Origin: Eledone cirrhosa
Taxonomy: Eukaryota
Assembly: GCA_964016885.1 (NCBI GenBank)
Contig: OZ024740.1
Span: 84,692,001 to 84,756,000, forward strand
Direction of reading: 5' to 3'
Length of the DNA stretch: 64,000 bases
In this document: positions 29,627 to 41,840 of the stretch, one piece after another
How the letters are laid out: every line of letters begins with the position of its first letter
How positions within the stretch are numbered: position 1 is the stretch's first letter
Notes under the pieces: model-generated
The model's input: only the letters and a program-made list of their open reading frames with translations
What the model was told of the DNA's origin: nothing
Database searches by the model: none
Position numbers and translations under genes: made by a program

Positions 29627-30200
29627 TTGTAAGTAAAGAATGATAACACCTGCTGACAATGTTGGCAACGCAATTAATTGCAATGTTTCTTATGTTAATA
29701 AGGCTCAGGTTTTAATTATCACTCACCTGAAACACAAACCACAAAGGTACATTTATATACCGAAGCCTCCAGCACAAGTGACTATCATTTATATTTATGT
29801 AATCGCGTGTAACAAGCGCATCGTATTCGTGTGCGTAGGGGATATGTGCATATGTTAATGCATGTGAATCTATATATCTATCAATATATATATATATATA
29901 TATTGATAGATATATAGATTCACATGCATTAACATATGCACATATCCTAAACAGACGGTAGTCCGTTTAGTAATATTGTCGTGGTCGTCTTTTCGTTGGC
30001 AATCATCTGTTTACGACAGTACAGCGCGGCTATACTTTAGTTAACTGAGATAAAACTTATATGAGCATGAACAGTAGATCATTACGCATCTTTTGGCTTA
30101 AAAATCTAGAAATTTGGTCCAGCGGGAAAAAGTTTATAATCAAAGTTTGCTGATAAATCTTGTGTTCAAGTGAGTGAGTAGTAAACGTGACGCTAGGGGA

Positions 30201-30323
30201 GGTAATCCAGAAATGACGAATTTTTTTCGGCGGAACTCTTGTGATTGTGATTACGTTAGTCAAATGTAGTCAAATCGCCGAATCCCCTCCTCCTAATTGA
30301 CTACGTCATTTCTGAACGGCCCT
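30201..30323. mobile_element. MITE-like element or subterminal inverted repeat
   Basis: CAGAAATGACG (30208-30218) inverted with CGTCATTTCTG (about 30305-30314), ending AACGGCCCTA. Confidence 0.45.
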
Positions 30324-30919
30324 ACTTGCGTCAATGTGAAACATTACTTCACTTTTCACTGCTAAAATGCTTTTTAAATACTTCGTTAAAAATTTATGTT
30401 TATTATCAAAGCTATTTTTTGTACCAATCTATCAATAGTTTGCGAAAATATAGGTAACATGTGAGTTAAATGTTTTTTAATCGCATCGATCGCATCGATC
30501 GCTTTGTCGCACCGACTGTGACACTGTCTGTCTGACTGACACCTTTGTCGGACCGACACCTTTGTTCAAGCGGACAACTTTGTGTCACTGACACCTTTGT
30601 TCGTGCCGGCATCTCTGCGAAACACCGATGACAACAACCAGACCAAAATTTCACTTCATTCTTCATTCTTCTTCAAGACCGATCGCCGACCGATCGTATC
30701 GGTTGCTCTTCATATACCAGGTATTCAACAGATAGTTTGCACTTCTAGTATTATTAACAGTCGTGCGATTTTTTGTACCGATAGGTGCGAATAGTGCGCT
30801 ATATTTTTGTACCGATAGGTGCGAATAGTGTACAATATTTTCTGAGATTTGCATCCACTAATTTCGCTTAATTAAAAATGATGTTTCGCAGCTTTTTGAT
30901 CGGCTTATTCATTTTTTCC

Positions 30920-31673
30920 ATGGCACGGAAATGGAGTATTTCCATTTCGAATCAAAACTTTTCACTAAAATCGGGCAATTGGACTGATCAAATTCACATT
31001 CATGCCAGTTTTTACAAATCCATAATTAGAAATGTGGCGAAATCGAATGACCAGAAGGTATAAAAATATTAATTCAAATGTATTTACTTATCATACCAAC
31101 AAAAATACTTACATATTTTGTATACCTGGGGCCCGTCAGGGCCAGGTAATGTTAATCGCCAACATTGTTATCTGTTGTCCTTTTGTGAAAGTATTGGTGG
31201 TTCATGTCGGCTCTAATGATCTGAATCCTCGTCGCACCGTTGGCACTACAAAGCTGTGCAAAGTAATACAATAATTTTTGCCCAAGTATTTTTTATTAAT
31301 CATTTATTTGTAAATTAAGGACAAAGTGCCCATTCGAGGCACAAAACCGGAAAAACAGGGGAAGAGTCTCTTTGCAAGGCTACAGAAAATAGCGGAAAAG
31401 CACCACTGTACACCCATTTTCTACAGTGGTGTCATTCCACGTCCACAAAGTGTAATTGAAAATAAAAATGACTTGGGCAAGAGAAATTCTCGTTTGGAAA
31501 AGTTTAATTACTGCATGAAAGAAATGATTCAAAAATTGAACTTGCCCAATCTTCACAACATTGAAAATTGGTCAAAATTTGACAAATCTGACTTCAAACC
31601 AGATATGATTCATTTGAACAATGTTGGAAATCTTAAATTGACACAAATTTTTGCAAATGTTTTTGCCACCTGA
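30920..31673 (+). CDS. Spliced SGNH/GDSL hydrolase-like gene, possibly pseudogenised at the 5' junction
   Basis: Block I-like YKSIIRNV, block II CIPGA, block III VVHVGSNDL, IFYSGVIPR, block V DMIHLN; a phase-0 GT..AG intron at 31263-31319 joins the two ORFs in frame; AATAAA at 31711. The block I to block II junction needs a frameshift or a mutated acceptor. Confidence 0.7.
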
Positions 31674-31853
31674 TCCTTGTTCTATGGCTGACTGACTAAT
31701 TTTGTGACTTAATAAAATGTCATCATACTAGTAATGCACAATGGTCATTTTTAAATTTAAGTTTTATTAAATAGTTGTTGCTTGCATTGCCTTAAAATAG
31801 TAACAAGAATGTACACATACTTTTTAAAAATACATCATTATCAGTCAAATCAG

Positions 31854-32214
31854 TCAAATGTCACTAAAAGCCAGGTGGTCGATAACAACTTCTATAAGAT
31901 TAGTTACATGCTCACACATTGGATCACCTCTCATCAATGGCATTGGGTGTCTGAGATAATTGTGGAGATAACTGATGAAGTCACAAATGAAGTGATGGTC
32001 TTCCAGTGTGAACAACTCCCTATATCCATTGATATATGTGATGGCTTCCGATTCATAGGTGCATTTTATGAGGAATTCCATGCATCCGATTTTCAGTGAT
32101 TCAATGGGCATTTTATCAGAGATGATAAGGTATTTGACCACGTTTTGCTTTGTAAGTAAATTGGAGAGAATCACTGCAGTCAAAGTCATTTCTTTGCATG
32201 GGTTTTTGTCCATT
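31854..32214 (-). CDS. BACK/BTB-C-terminal-like ORF, probable terminal exon
   Basis: LSNLLTKQNVVKYLIISDKMPIESLKIGCMEFL fits the BACK helical pattern; preceded by a TTTTTAG acceptor-like site. Confidence 0.4.
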
Positions 32215-32486
32215 CTAAAAAGTTAAAATGATAAAGTATTACTACTATATAACTTACATCTATTGTTGTAACACCATTGAAAAGCACAAGTTTCACCAAT
32301 TCACTATTATGCACTAATCATCTCAAATGCATTCATGATTTACTAGCTTTGTCATTAAGCCAGTTGCCTCAACTAGATTGCAATTATACTCAAAAGAACT
32401 TTAAAATGTCAATCACTTGTCAGTAATTCACTATGATCATTTAATTATTAGATAGTTGTTGCTTGAATTGCCTTAAAAAATAGTAG

Positions 32487-32718
32487 ACCAGATAGAAAAA
32501 TGCGTACAGCAAAAAAAAATAATATTGTTGGAATATAAACCTTTAAAAATACAGGACAAGAAACTAAAATAAAACTTTAAAAGAATAGGACAAGAAACTA
32601 AGATAAAACTTTAAAAGAATAGGACAAGAAACTAAGATAAAACTTTAAAGAATTGGACAAGAAATAAAAAATGTTACAATAATATTACTTTTTTTTTGCT
32701 GTACGCATTTTTCTATCT

Positions 32719-32721
<3 letters not shown>
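32487..32721. repeat. Inverted repeat enclosing about 33-bp tandem repeats, abutting (TA)n
   Basis: ACCAGATAGAAAAATGCGTACAGCAAAA inverted at about 32690-32721; internal GGACAAGAAACTAAGATAAAACTTTAAAAGAATA x4. Confidence 0.75.
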
Positions 32722-32806
<85 letters not shown>

Positions 32807-33125
32807 CGATATTAATTTGGGCATCCACTGATGAGTTTATAAGAGCCCGCTTGTGTATAAAACTACGGATTATATACAAGTTTCTACATAACCTAGAAAT
32901 TATTTATCTCAATTTGTAGAAATCTCATAACGAAACGGCCGTCTGGAAGGAAAGAGATATTTATTGAATAATGTCTCATATAAAATAATACAACCAATTT
33001 TCCACGAAATACTGATTAGTTAGCACCCCAAACACTAAATTGGGATAATACTTAAGTATATCCTAATGTTTGTTGAGTGAGATGGAATTGGTCGGAGTAT
33101 CGCTTAAGGCTTTCTCTGTTTATGT

Positions 33126-33187
<62 letters not shown>

Positions 33188-33193
<6 letters not shown>

Positions 33194-33693
33194 GAAGAAA
33201 CCAAAGAACGCTTACTTACTCAAACAGTTTTTATTTGCTTACAATGTTTCATCCATACCGTTTGGTAGGAATCCTCAGAGCTTAATAAACACAGTGCTGA
33301 GTATAAGCTCTACAGAGCCTAGTCATGCGAACAATCGGAATGCAAAAGAGGGTAAAGATAGGGAGATTATGTTTTAACCATTGCCTGTATCTTTTGCTTT
33401 TGCTTTTGTGTGTAATCAATTATATCTGCATCTTGTGGAATTCGCTTGTGCCCTGGCATCTAGCTGTGGTGCTTAACAACCCCAACACGAACCCCTCCTT
33501 GTTCGCCATCTCAGATCTCCCTATCTTTACCCTCTTTTGCATTCCGATTGTTCGCATGACTAGGCTCTGTAGAGCTTATACTCAGCACTGTGTTTATTAA
33601 GCTCTGAGGATTCCTACCAAACGGTATGGATGAAACATTGTAAGCAAATAAAAACTGTTCGAGTAAGTAAGCGTTCTTTGGTTTCTTCTAAAT
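33188..33693 (+). mobile_element. Fold-back PLE-like fragment
   Basis: 33188-33368 inverted vs 33515-33693; abuts (TA)n. Confidence 0.78.
33601..33645 (+). ncRNA. Minimal type-I hammerhead ribozyme
   Basis: GCT-CTGAGGA-TTCCTACC-aaac-GGTATGGA-T-GAAAC-ATT-GT-A-AGC. Confidence 0.75.
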
Positions 33694-33790
33694 ATAACGG
33701 CTCTGTTCTTGTACATTGAGCTAACACAATACTGTCATAATACAACACGGTACATGTGTTTATGCACATATGCTCCGTGCCATACGTAAA

Positions 33791-33821
<31 letters not shown>

Positions 33822-33826
<5 letters not shown>

Positions 33827-34016
33827 AACCAGTAAGACCCCGACAGCTGAGCTCAAGCCGTTTCGACGGCTAATTCTGGAGTCCAGAATTAGCGGTCGAA
33901 ACGGCTTGAGCTCAGCTGTCGGGGTCTTACTGGTTCCTATTACCCACTCTACTACCTCAAGTATTGAGTACTTTGGTGCGTTATGGTCCACCTGGTTCCT
34001 TACCACATTTCCTCCG

Positions 34017-34019
<3 letters not shown>
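33822..34019 (+). mobile_element. Fold-back PLE-like 3' fragment (family A)
   Basis: Family match; (TA)n on both sides. Confidence 0.78.
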
Positions 34020-34082
<63 letters not shown>

Positions 34083-34085
<3 letters not shown>

Positions 34086-35000
34086 CTATTCAATCCACAA
34101 CCACGAACCCGAACCACATTTTACAACAAGAAGGAATATACCAAACACAGGAGACCACTTAACATCAGCAGACAACCCCTCTACCCCAACCATTTTTTAG
34201 ACACAGCAAACAGATACAGGCAAACGAAATAACACAAGACAGGGAAAAGAAACCGAAAGTAATAAAAATTATCAATTTAACTAGTGCAGAACCAACTCCC
34301 AACCTTATCAACTTACTCTCCAAAGGTCTTAAATTCACACCGACCCCCCCCCCCCCTCCCCCCACGTCCAAACTACTATGAAATGAAGGAAGACATCACA
34401 GAATTCTGTAGAAAGTTACGACTCACTGAAGAACTATTCGACCAGTACAATCAGGATGAATTATTAGCCAGAAATAGAAGCAACTACATCCCATCAAAAG
34501 GTAGAAATAAAATCTGGACGAATTCTGTGAACACATCACAAACTTCCCTTACCAACACTTGCACAGACAAAAACACAAGCCAAACCTCAACAAGAAAGAA
34601 TGGGAAGAATTAAATAGATTAAAAACCGACAGAACTATTACAATTAAAGAGGCTGATAAAGGGAGTGCAGTAGTCCTAATGGAGACAGAATTCTATATCA
34701 ACTTAGCGCTCTCCACTTTGGAAAACGAAACATACTACGAAAAGGCTGAACACTACAATCAACAGAAAATTATGAGAAACCTAAAAACTCTGATCAACCA
34801 ATACAAAGAAGGACTCACAAACAAGGAATTCAGCTTCATCACAGACTTCACAAGTAAATCCAGCCTTTTCTACGGTATCCCTAAAGTACATAAAAGGCAT
34901 GCAAGGAAGCCACAGACTTAGTCATCAATGACCCCTCACCTAATAATCTCAAATTAAGACCTATAATAGCAGGCCCTACTTGCGAAACCCACCGCCTGGA
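34083..35000 (+). pseudogene. PLE 5' ORF fragment (N-terminus to start of RT)
   Basis: LLSKGLKFTPTP, TITIKEADKGSAVVLM (DKG motif), FYGIPKVHK, KLRPIIAG; frameshifted. Confidence 0.85.
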
Positions 35001-35275
35001 ATTTTTCACTTTTTCAATTATCGAAACTTATTTGGGTTTTGAAGTTTAAACTTATCTACGGAACAGGTTTGGATTTTGAAATTTAAATTTGTCCAGGTAC
35101 CACGGCTATTGCCAATATGGGTTTGTTTTTATTGATTTATTATTTTAAATCGAGACAGGCAAACTGTATTAATCTAATTAGTATTTTTCAATCTAGCTAA
35201 CTTGGTCATTTGCAATACAAACACTTATATGATTGTATTAGTGTTTATCATATATATTAATTTATATTAACTTGT

Positions 35276-35306
<31 letters not shown>

Positions 35307-35470
35307 AACACACCGCAAACGTAGCTATCGTGGGGCTAGTTTCTAGTTTTATTTGTATAACCTAAATACACGCTCGCGCGTGCACACGCACGCGCGAGTG
35401 CACTTTTCTCTCTCTCTATCTCTCACCCTCTCTCTTTCTCGTTCTCTCTCTCTCTCGCCGTATATATATA

Positions 35471-35658
35471 TAATTGTTTCTACTTTAGGCACAAGGCCAG
35501 CAATTACCCAGTGCATTACTGGTACTTTATTTTATCGACCCCGTAAGGATGAAAGGCAAAGTCAACCTCGGAGGGATTTGAACTCAGATCGTAAAGGGAC
35601 GTAACTATGCTGGAAAGCATGGCGTCCGACCCTCTACCGATACTGCCAATCCACCGCC
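35471..35658 (-). mobile_element. tRNA-derived SINE, full length
   Basis: Family match. Confidence 0.9.
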
Positions 35659-35670
35659 TTTATATATATA

Positions 35671-36074
35671 ATAACATTAAGAAAGATGCTGATGTTACAT
35701 TAATCGTTTATTCATAATAATTATTTCAACGGTTCTCCCATACAATCCAAGATTTAATTCATGCATTTGTTGTTATGAGAACGGTATCTTCAGATGAAAT
35801 TCGATTTTGTGATATACCGCCGGCAGCAAAAACACGTCCTTCTTCTGTTCGTGCACCCAGCAGACATATGAGTTCCTAAAGGGTTTTTCCCAGCCGTCGT
35901 GTTCTTTTAGGAACTCATGTGTCTGCCGGGTGCAAAAACAGAGAGACGGACTTTTTTCTGTCGGCGGCATATCACGAAATCGAATTTCATCTGAAGATAT
36001 CGTTCTCATAAACCGTTGAAATAATTATTATGAATAAATGATTTGTGTAACATCAGCATCTTTCTTAATGTTAT
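35671..36074 (+). mobile_element. Fold-back PLE-like fragment with three nested inverted repeats
   Basis: 35671-35734 vs 36011-36074; 35773-35825 vs 35958-36011; 35852-35880 vs 35907-35935. Confidence 0.72.
35986..36034 (+). ncRNA. Minimal hammerhead ribozyme
   Basis: TTCAT-CTGAAGA-(weak stem II)-GAAAT-AATT-AT-T-ATGAA. Confidence 0.65.
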
Positions 36075-36484
36075 TAATATACTGAATCTCCATCGTAACT
36101 ACGAACTACGAATGTTGAGAGTTTTCTCCTGCTTGCTCCAGTTTTACCAAAACAATCTCTTCTGAACATATATATAGAGAGAGAGAGAGAGAAAGAGAGA
36201 CACACACACAAAGCAGGCTTTGTTTACAAACTGGTAGCGAATTTGAAAATTAGGTAGTGACATGTGCTTACGCCGTATTTGGCTACATAGAATTAGTCTG
36301 TTAGTTGGGATTTTACAAAACCCTCTGAATGGAAAAAAGGATGAATATTGACGTACATGGGATACGAACCCACATATTTGGTTTGCCATTACACCAACAC
36401 GCAACAACATGCCCAATCTCACTAAAGACATTTTTTCCAATTCTATCCCACCTGTCCCTTCAATCTAGCCAATTCCTTATTCTT

Positions 36485-36520
36485 TCTTCTGATGAACGAC
36501 TAGCGTCCGAAACGTTAAGA
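36485..36520 (+). ncRNA. Minimal hammerhead ribozyme
   Basis: TCTT-CTGATGA-acGAC-tagc-GTC-c-GAAACGT-T-AAGA. Confidence 0.65.
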
Positions 36521-36806
36521 CCCTCTTCCTGCTATTTCAAGCGTTAACCTAATATATTCCTTTCATATACTGTACCGATTGTGTTGTTATTTCTGTTTAC
36601 CTTTTAAATACATGTATATATATTAATTAAAGGTTAATTAGTCTCTAATAATTAAACATTTCAATGAGAGAAATCTCTCAGAGAAGCAATATTATATATT
36701 AAAATTAATATATAATATTAATCTATTTATAAGCGAGGATAGAGAGAATACTTTGTTTTGTCTATCTTGTTTGTATTCCCAGAGACTTTTTGGTAATTTA
36801 ATTTTA

Positions 36807-36877
<71 letters not shown>

Positions 36878-36879
36878 CC

Positions 36880-37280
36880 TCTTCCTCACACTTTCACTCA
36901 CTCACTCTCTGCTACTCACCCTCTCTCTCTCACTTCCTCCATCGTTCCACATCGTGCCAAATTCTTTCCTCGCTTACTTTCGCACGGTTAAGATGTGTCT
37001 TTCGTCTTCTCCTCAATATTCGCAAGTTCTTATGTTCAAATGAATCATTGACTTGATTTTCTCATTTTTTCCTCTCTTTACGTTGCCTCACCATTCGTGT
37101 TTGTTCATCTGTCTCTCTTTCTCCACCCAATTATTTGTATCCCAATAACTTATTTTAGTTATTGTTCGGGCTAGCCTGAGGTATCTGGACTTTAATGCGA
37201 AGAAATACCTATGATGGCTAGTAGACCACTGATGATAGATAGTCCTGGCTTCTATTTCTAATTCTTCATTTTAATTTGTA

Positions 37281-37320
<40 letters not shown>

Positions 37321-37773
37321 AATTAAAATGAAGAATTAGAAATATGAAGAATTAGAAATAGAAGCCAGGACTATCCATCATCAGTGGTCTACTAGCCATC
37401 ATAGGTATTTCTTCGCATTAAAGTCCAGATACCTCAGGCTAGCCCGAACAATTCATCTTCTCGTCAATATTCAGAAGTTCTTATGTTCAAATGAATCATT
37501 GATATAATTTTCTCATTTTTTCCTCTCTTTACGTTGCCTCACCATTCGTGTTTGTTTACCTATCTCTCTTTGTCCACCTAATTCTTTTTATCCCAATAAC
37601 TTATTTTAGTTATTGTTCGGGCTAGCCTGAGGTATCTGGTCTTTAATGCGAAGAAATACCTATGATGGCTAGTAGACCACTGATGATGGATAGTCCTGGC
37701 TTCTATTTCTAATTCTTCATTTTAATTTGTATATCACATTTGCAACAACACAGCACACCATTTTTCATTCATT
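36880..37773 (+). mobile_element. Element family B' (relative of 19212-20100): direct, inverted and direct copies around (TA)n
   Basis: About 37010-37280 and 37460-37732 are direct copies; 37316-37451 is an inverted copy; shares hairpin, K-turn and CTGATGA with family B. Confidence 0.72.
37621..37673 (+). ncRNA. Predicted box C/D-type kink-turn hairpin (second copy at 37170-37222)
   Basis: GCUAGC-CUGA-GGUAU ... AUACC-UAU-GAU-GGCUAGU. Confidence 0.7.
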
Positions 37774-37804
<31 letters not shown>

Positions 37805-37870
37805 TAAGATCAAAAGATGGTTAAAGGAGTTCCATGTATTTTATTATGCGCATATATATATATATATATA

Positions 37871-38069
37871 TAGGAACGAGTAGGACCCCTACGGCTGAGC
37901 TCAAGCCGTTTCGACGGCTAATTCTGGACTCATGTCCAGAATTAGCCGTCGAAACGGCTTGAGCTCACCCGTCGGGGTCCTACTCGTTCCTATTACCCAC
38001 TCTACTACCCTAAGTATTGAGTACTTTGGTGCGTTATGGTCCACTTGGTTCCTTACCACATTTCCTTCG

Positions 38070-38072
<3 letters not shown>
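37871..38072 (+). mobile_element. Fold-back PLE-like 3' fragment (family A)
   Basis: Family match; (TA)n on both sides. Confidence 0.78.
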
Positions 38073-38131
<59 letters not shown>

Positions 38132-39101
38132 AATAAACATACATATATATATATATATTGTTATGCTTTGGGAGGGTCATGTTGCCAATAAGAAACACAC
38201 GCACCAGTTATTTCACTCCAATTTATTATAAATTAAATTTATAAATTTAAGAATTTATAAATTTCCGGTTTTTTGGTTGGTTCCATAACCGGACGGTTGT
38301 TCATATATTGTCAAAGTTCTTTCGTCCACATTATGTGACCTCTTCAGTGACTGGGGATTCTTTTCTTTGTTTTGTGCCTCTCCTTTGTTCTGTCCTACGC
38401 CATCTTGTTTTTGTGTGTGCTGAGTGCTTAGTTTGCGCATGTGTTACATCCGGGTGTCTGTGTGTATTTTTATTTGTTTATTTATTTGTTTATTTACATG
38501 TTACTAGTTAGTTGTTTGTTCTATGTGTGTGTGTGTTTTCATTTTGTCCTTAATTGTAAGTTGTGATGTTGCTATTCCATTCATGTTTTCTATTTAATTT
38601 TGGTTGGAGTTCATTTATGTTTATTGCCTCTGTGATTTGTCTAAACATTGCGTCTTTTCTGTGTGTAGATTCTATTTTTATTTCTATGTTCTCTAATTTG
38701 CCCTTATGTTCTATTTTAGCATGTTGGTGGAGTGTGTTAGTGATGTGGGATTGCATGTGTTAGTGATGTGGGATTGCATTGCCTGGATGTAGTTTGACAG
38801 ACTGTCAACCGACATTCTGCCAGACTTGTCTGTTGGAAAGCATGCAATCTCTCCATTACGCGAGCGCTGCATGAGCTTACGCAAGCCATTTGCAGATTTG
38901 TCTCCCAGTTGCTGGGCCTCCATTCTATTTTGCTTCTTTCTATGCTGTTCTATAATATTTCTAAGTTTAGATCTAGCTATACTAAATTGTGCTTCTGTTT
39001 GTTCATCGACCTGCGACGGCAATTGAGGGCGTTTGTTAAAAGCTAAAGTCGTGGTGTGGACTCGTCGTAGGTCGAAGGACATATCGGAAGGATTATAAAA
39101 T

Positions 39102-41201
39102 GGCAGAATGTCGGTTGACAGTCTATCAAACTACATCCAGGCAATGCAACCCCACATCACTAACACAAGAGAAGTAACACCGCAAGAGCATGAGGATAGG
39201 GAGAAAACTCTCAATGCCCATATGATGATGTGGACAAACATAATGCAGCCCAATAAAAGGACTGCCAACAACTTCCAGGCATGGAACAATGACGTGCCAG
39301 CGTTGTATGGGCTTCGAAAAGATCATAAAACGAGCAGTGACCCTGTCACAGGACCACCAACACGGCCAGTCTGTGGAGCTAACATTGCTAGTAACTACAG
39401 ACTTTTCTACTTCCTCTCCCTGATCATACGCCCCATCATTGAAATGTCCCCAGATATATGTAACCGCACGGAGGACCTCCTCAGCAGAATCAGCGAAAGT
39501 AACCGATCTGGGGACCTAACGGACTGTATAATAGGTAGTATGGATGTTGTGTCCCTATATCCATCCATTGACGTGGATTTTGCTGTGGAGAAATGCGTAG
39601 AAATGATCAGTGAGAGCAATGTTGAATTCCGTGGGATTGATACCAGTGAGCTGGGACTCCTACTTAAACTTACCTATAGAAATGATTATCTAGATACACA
39701 TGACCTTAGCAACCTGTGCCCTACAAGACCAGCAAGAGGCAGACCACCTACCATTACCTCAATGGCCAAGAAAACCCACACAGAAAGATGGAACGGGTGG
39801 ACCAGAGCCATACGGACCCCCAAAAACCACGATGAACTAAAGAAAATGATTGCACATGCGGTGGGGACCAGTATAAAATTAACCCTTAAGGAACATATGT
39901 TCAAATTTAATGGAAAAACATATGCCTAAGAGGAGGGAGCAGCCATTGGTGTTACCATTGCAGGTGACATAGCTAACCTATTCATGGTATGGTGGGACAA
40001 TAAATTTAAACTTAAACTTAAAGAAGAATTAGAAGACAGCAACTCTTAACCCTGATTATGTACTCTCGCTACGTTGATGATATAATCATCGTAGTAAAAA
40101 CACCCCCACTAGAGAACAGTCAGGAATTAGAGAAAAACACCATGGAAAGCATCCAGCAAATAGCTAACTCCATCCACCAGAATATTAGAGTTACTATAGA
40201 CTACCCAATCAAACACCCCAACCATCGATTACCTGTACTAGACACAGAGCTCTGGTTAGAAACCATTAATAACAAAAAACAAATCCTCCATTCCCATTAT
40301 GCCAAACCCATGACTTCCAAATATCTGATCCACCGAAACTCAGCTGTTTCGGATCACACCAAAATCAACATACTGATTGCGGATTTGGTACGGGTGATGA
40401 GAAACGTGTCCCGCATGTGCAACCCCAAAGAACTAGAGAGACACATACAACACTTCATCCACCGTATGCAGTTCTCTGGTTACAATCAGAGAGATAAAAT
40501 CAGAGTATATAGAGGAGCCAGAACCAAATGGGAAAAAATGGTAAATAATGATACAAATGGGACCTGCCCCTTGTATAGGAGCAAATTTTGGAATAGAATA
40601 GAAAGAACTAGGAATAAGGTTAATAGAATAAACTCATGGTATGATAGCAATAAATACCAGAGTGTAATGTACATCAATACAACCCCTAGAGGTAAATTAG
40701 CTTACAAATTTAGAAGGGCCCTAGATAAACATAAACTTAATATTAAGATAGTAGAAAGACCAGGTACCTCCATAAAAAACACTTATTAGCAATACATACC
40801 CTTTTCAAAGACCTCCCTGTATAGATAAGAAATGCATAATCTGTAAACTAAGCCCCCATATTAACTGTAAAACTAGAAATGTAGTATATAGCTTAAGATG
40901 TACTGAAGGACAATGTAAAGATAAGAATATAGTGTACATAGGTGAGACAGCTCGTAGCATAGGAGAACGGTTAAATGAACACTGGCGAGAACTTCAAGAT
41001 AAAAAAGAATCATCAATACTCCACCAACATGCTAAAGTAAAACATAAGGGCAAATTAGAGAACATAGAAATAAAAATAGAATCTACACACAGAAAAGACG
41101 CAATGTTTAGACAAATCACAGAGGCAATAAACATAAATGAACTCCAACCAAAATTAAATAGAAAACATGAGTGGAACAGCAACATCACAACTTACAATTA
41201 A
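39102..41201 (+). pseudogene. PLE RT + GIY-YIG endonuclease ORF, disrupted
   Basis: YGLRKDHK, RPVCGA, GSMDVVSLYPSI, GAAIG, YSRYVDD; Cx4Cx2C linker; NVVY..C..YIGETARS..ERLNEH; stops at 39927 and 40787 plus a frameshift. Confidence 0.88.
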
Positions 41202-41399
41202 GGACAAAATGAAAACACACACACACATAGAACAAACAACCAACCAGTAATATGTAAATAAACAAATAAATAAACAAATATAAACACATACAGACACCCG
41301 GATGTAACACATGCGCAATCTAAGCACACAACACACACAAAAACAAGATGGCGTAGGACAGAACAAAGGAGAGGCACAAAACAAAGAAAAGAATCCCCA

Positions 41400-41442
41400 G
41401 TCATTGAAGAGGTCACAGAATGTGTGACGAAAGAACTTTGAC
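41400..41442 (+). ncRNA. Minimal hammerhead in PLE pLTR (intact core in inverted copy 38310-38352)
   Basis: GTCA-(C/T)TGAAGA-stem II-GAAAG-AA-CT-T-TGAC. Confidence 0.65.
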
Positions 41443-41768
41443 AATATATGAACAACTGTCCGGTTATGGAACCAACCAACCGGAAATTTATAAATTCTTA
41501 AATTTATAAATTTAATTTATAATGAATTGGAGTGAAACAACTGGTGCGTGTGTTTCTTATTGGCAACATGACCCTCCCAAAGTATAACAATATTGGTTTC
41601 AACACACGTTTTCAAATAAAGAATCTTGGTAAACAAATTCAGAAACGAAATATATATATATATATATATATTTATTAAAATGACAGATTAAAGTTTTAGC
41701 AAAGAATCGCTGCTTTTACCCTTATCGAACCGTCTTTGGGTTTTAGTCCTCAAATTTATTATTATTAC

Positions 41769-41801
<33 letters not shown>

Positions 41802-41804
41802 AAA

Positions 41805-41840
<36 letters not shown>

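Larger units (their letters stand above)
38157..41650 (+). mobile_element. Penelope-like element with inverted 3' copy and inverted 5' ORF piece
   Basis: 38157-38733 is the inverse of about 41018-41592; 38760-39085 is an inverted N-terminal ORF piece (PTDKSGRM); (TA)n on both sides. Confidence 0.88.

Noticed and set aside
39927-40789. Selenocysteine recoding in the 39-41 kb PLE
   Set aside because: Interrupting stops are TAA/TAG plus a frameshift, i.e. ordinary decay.
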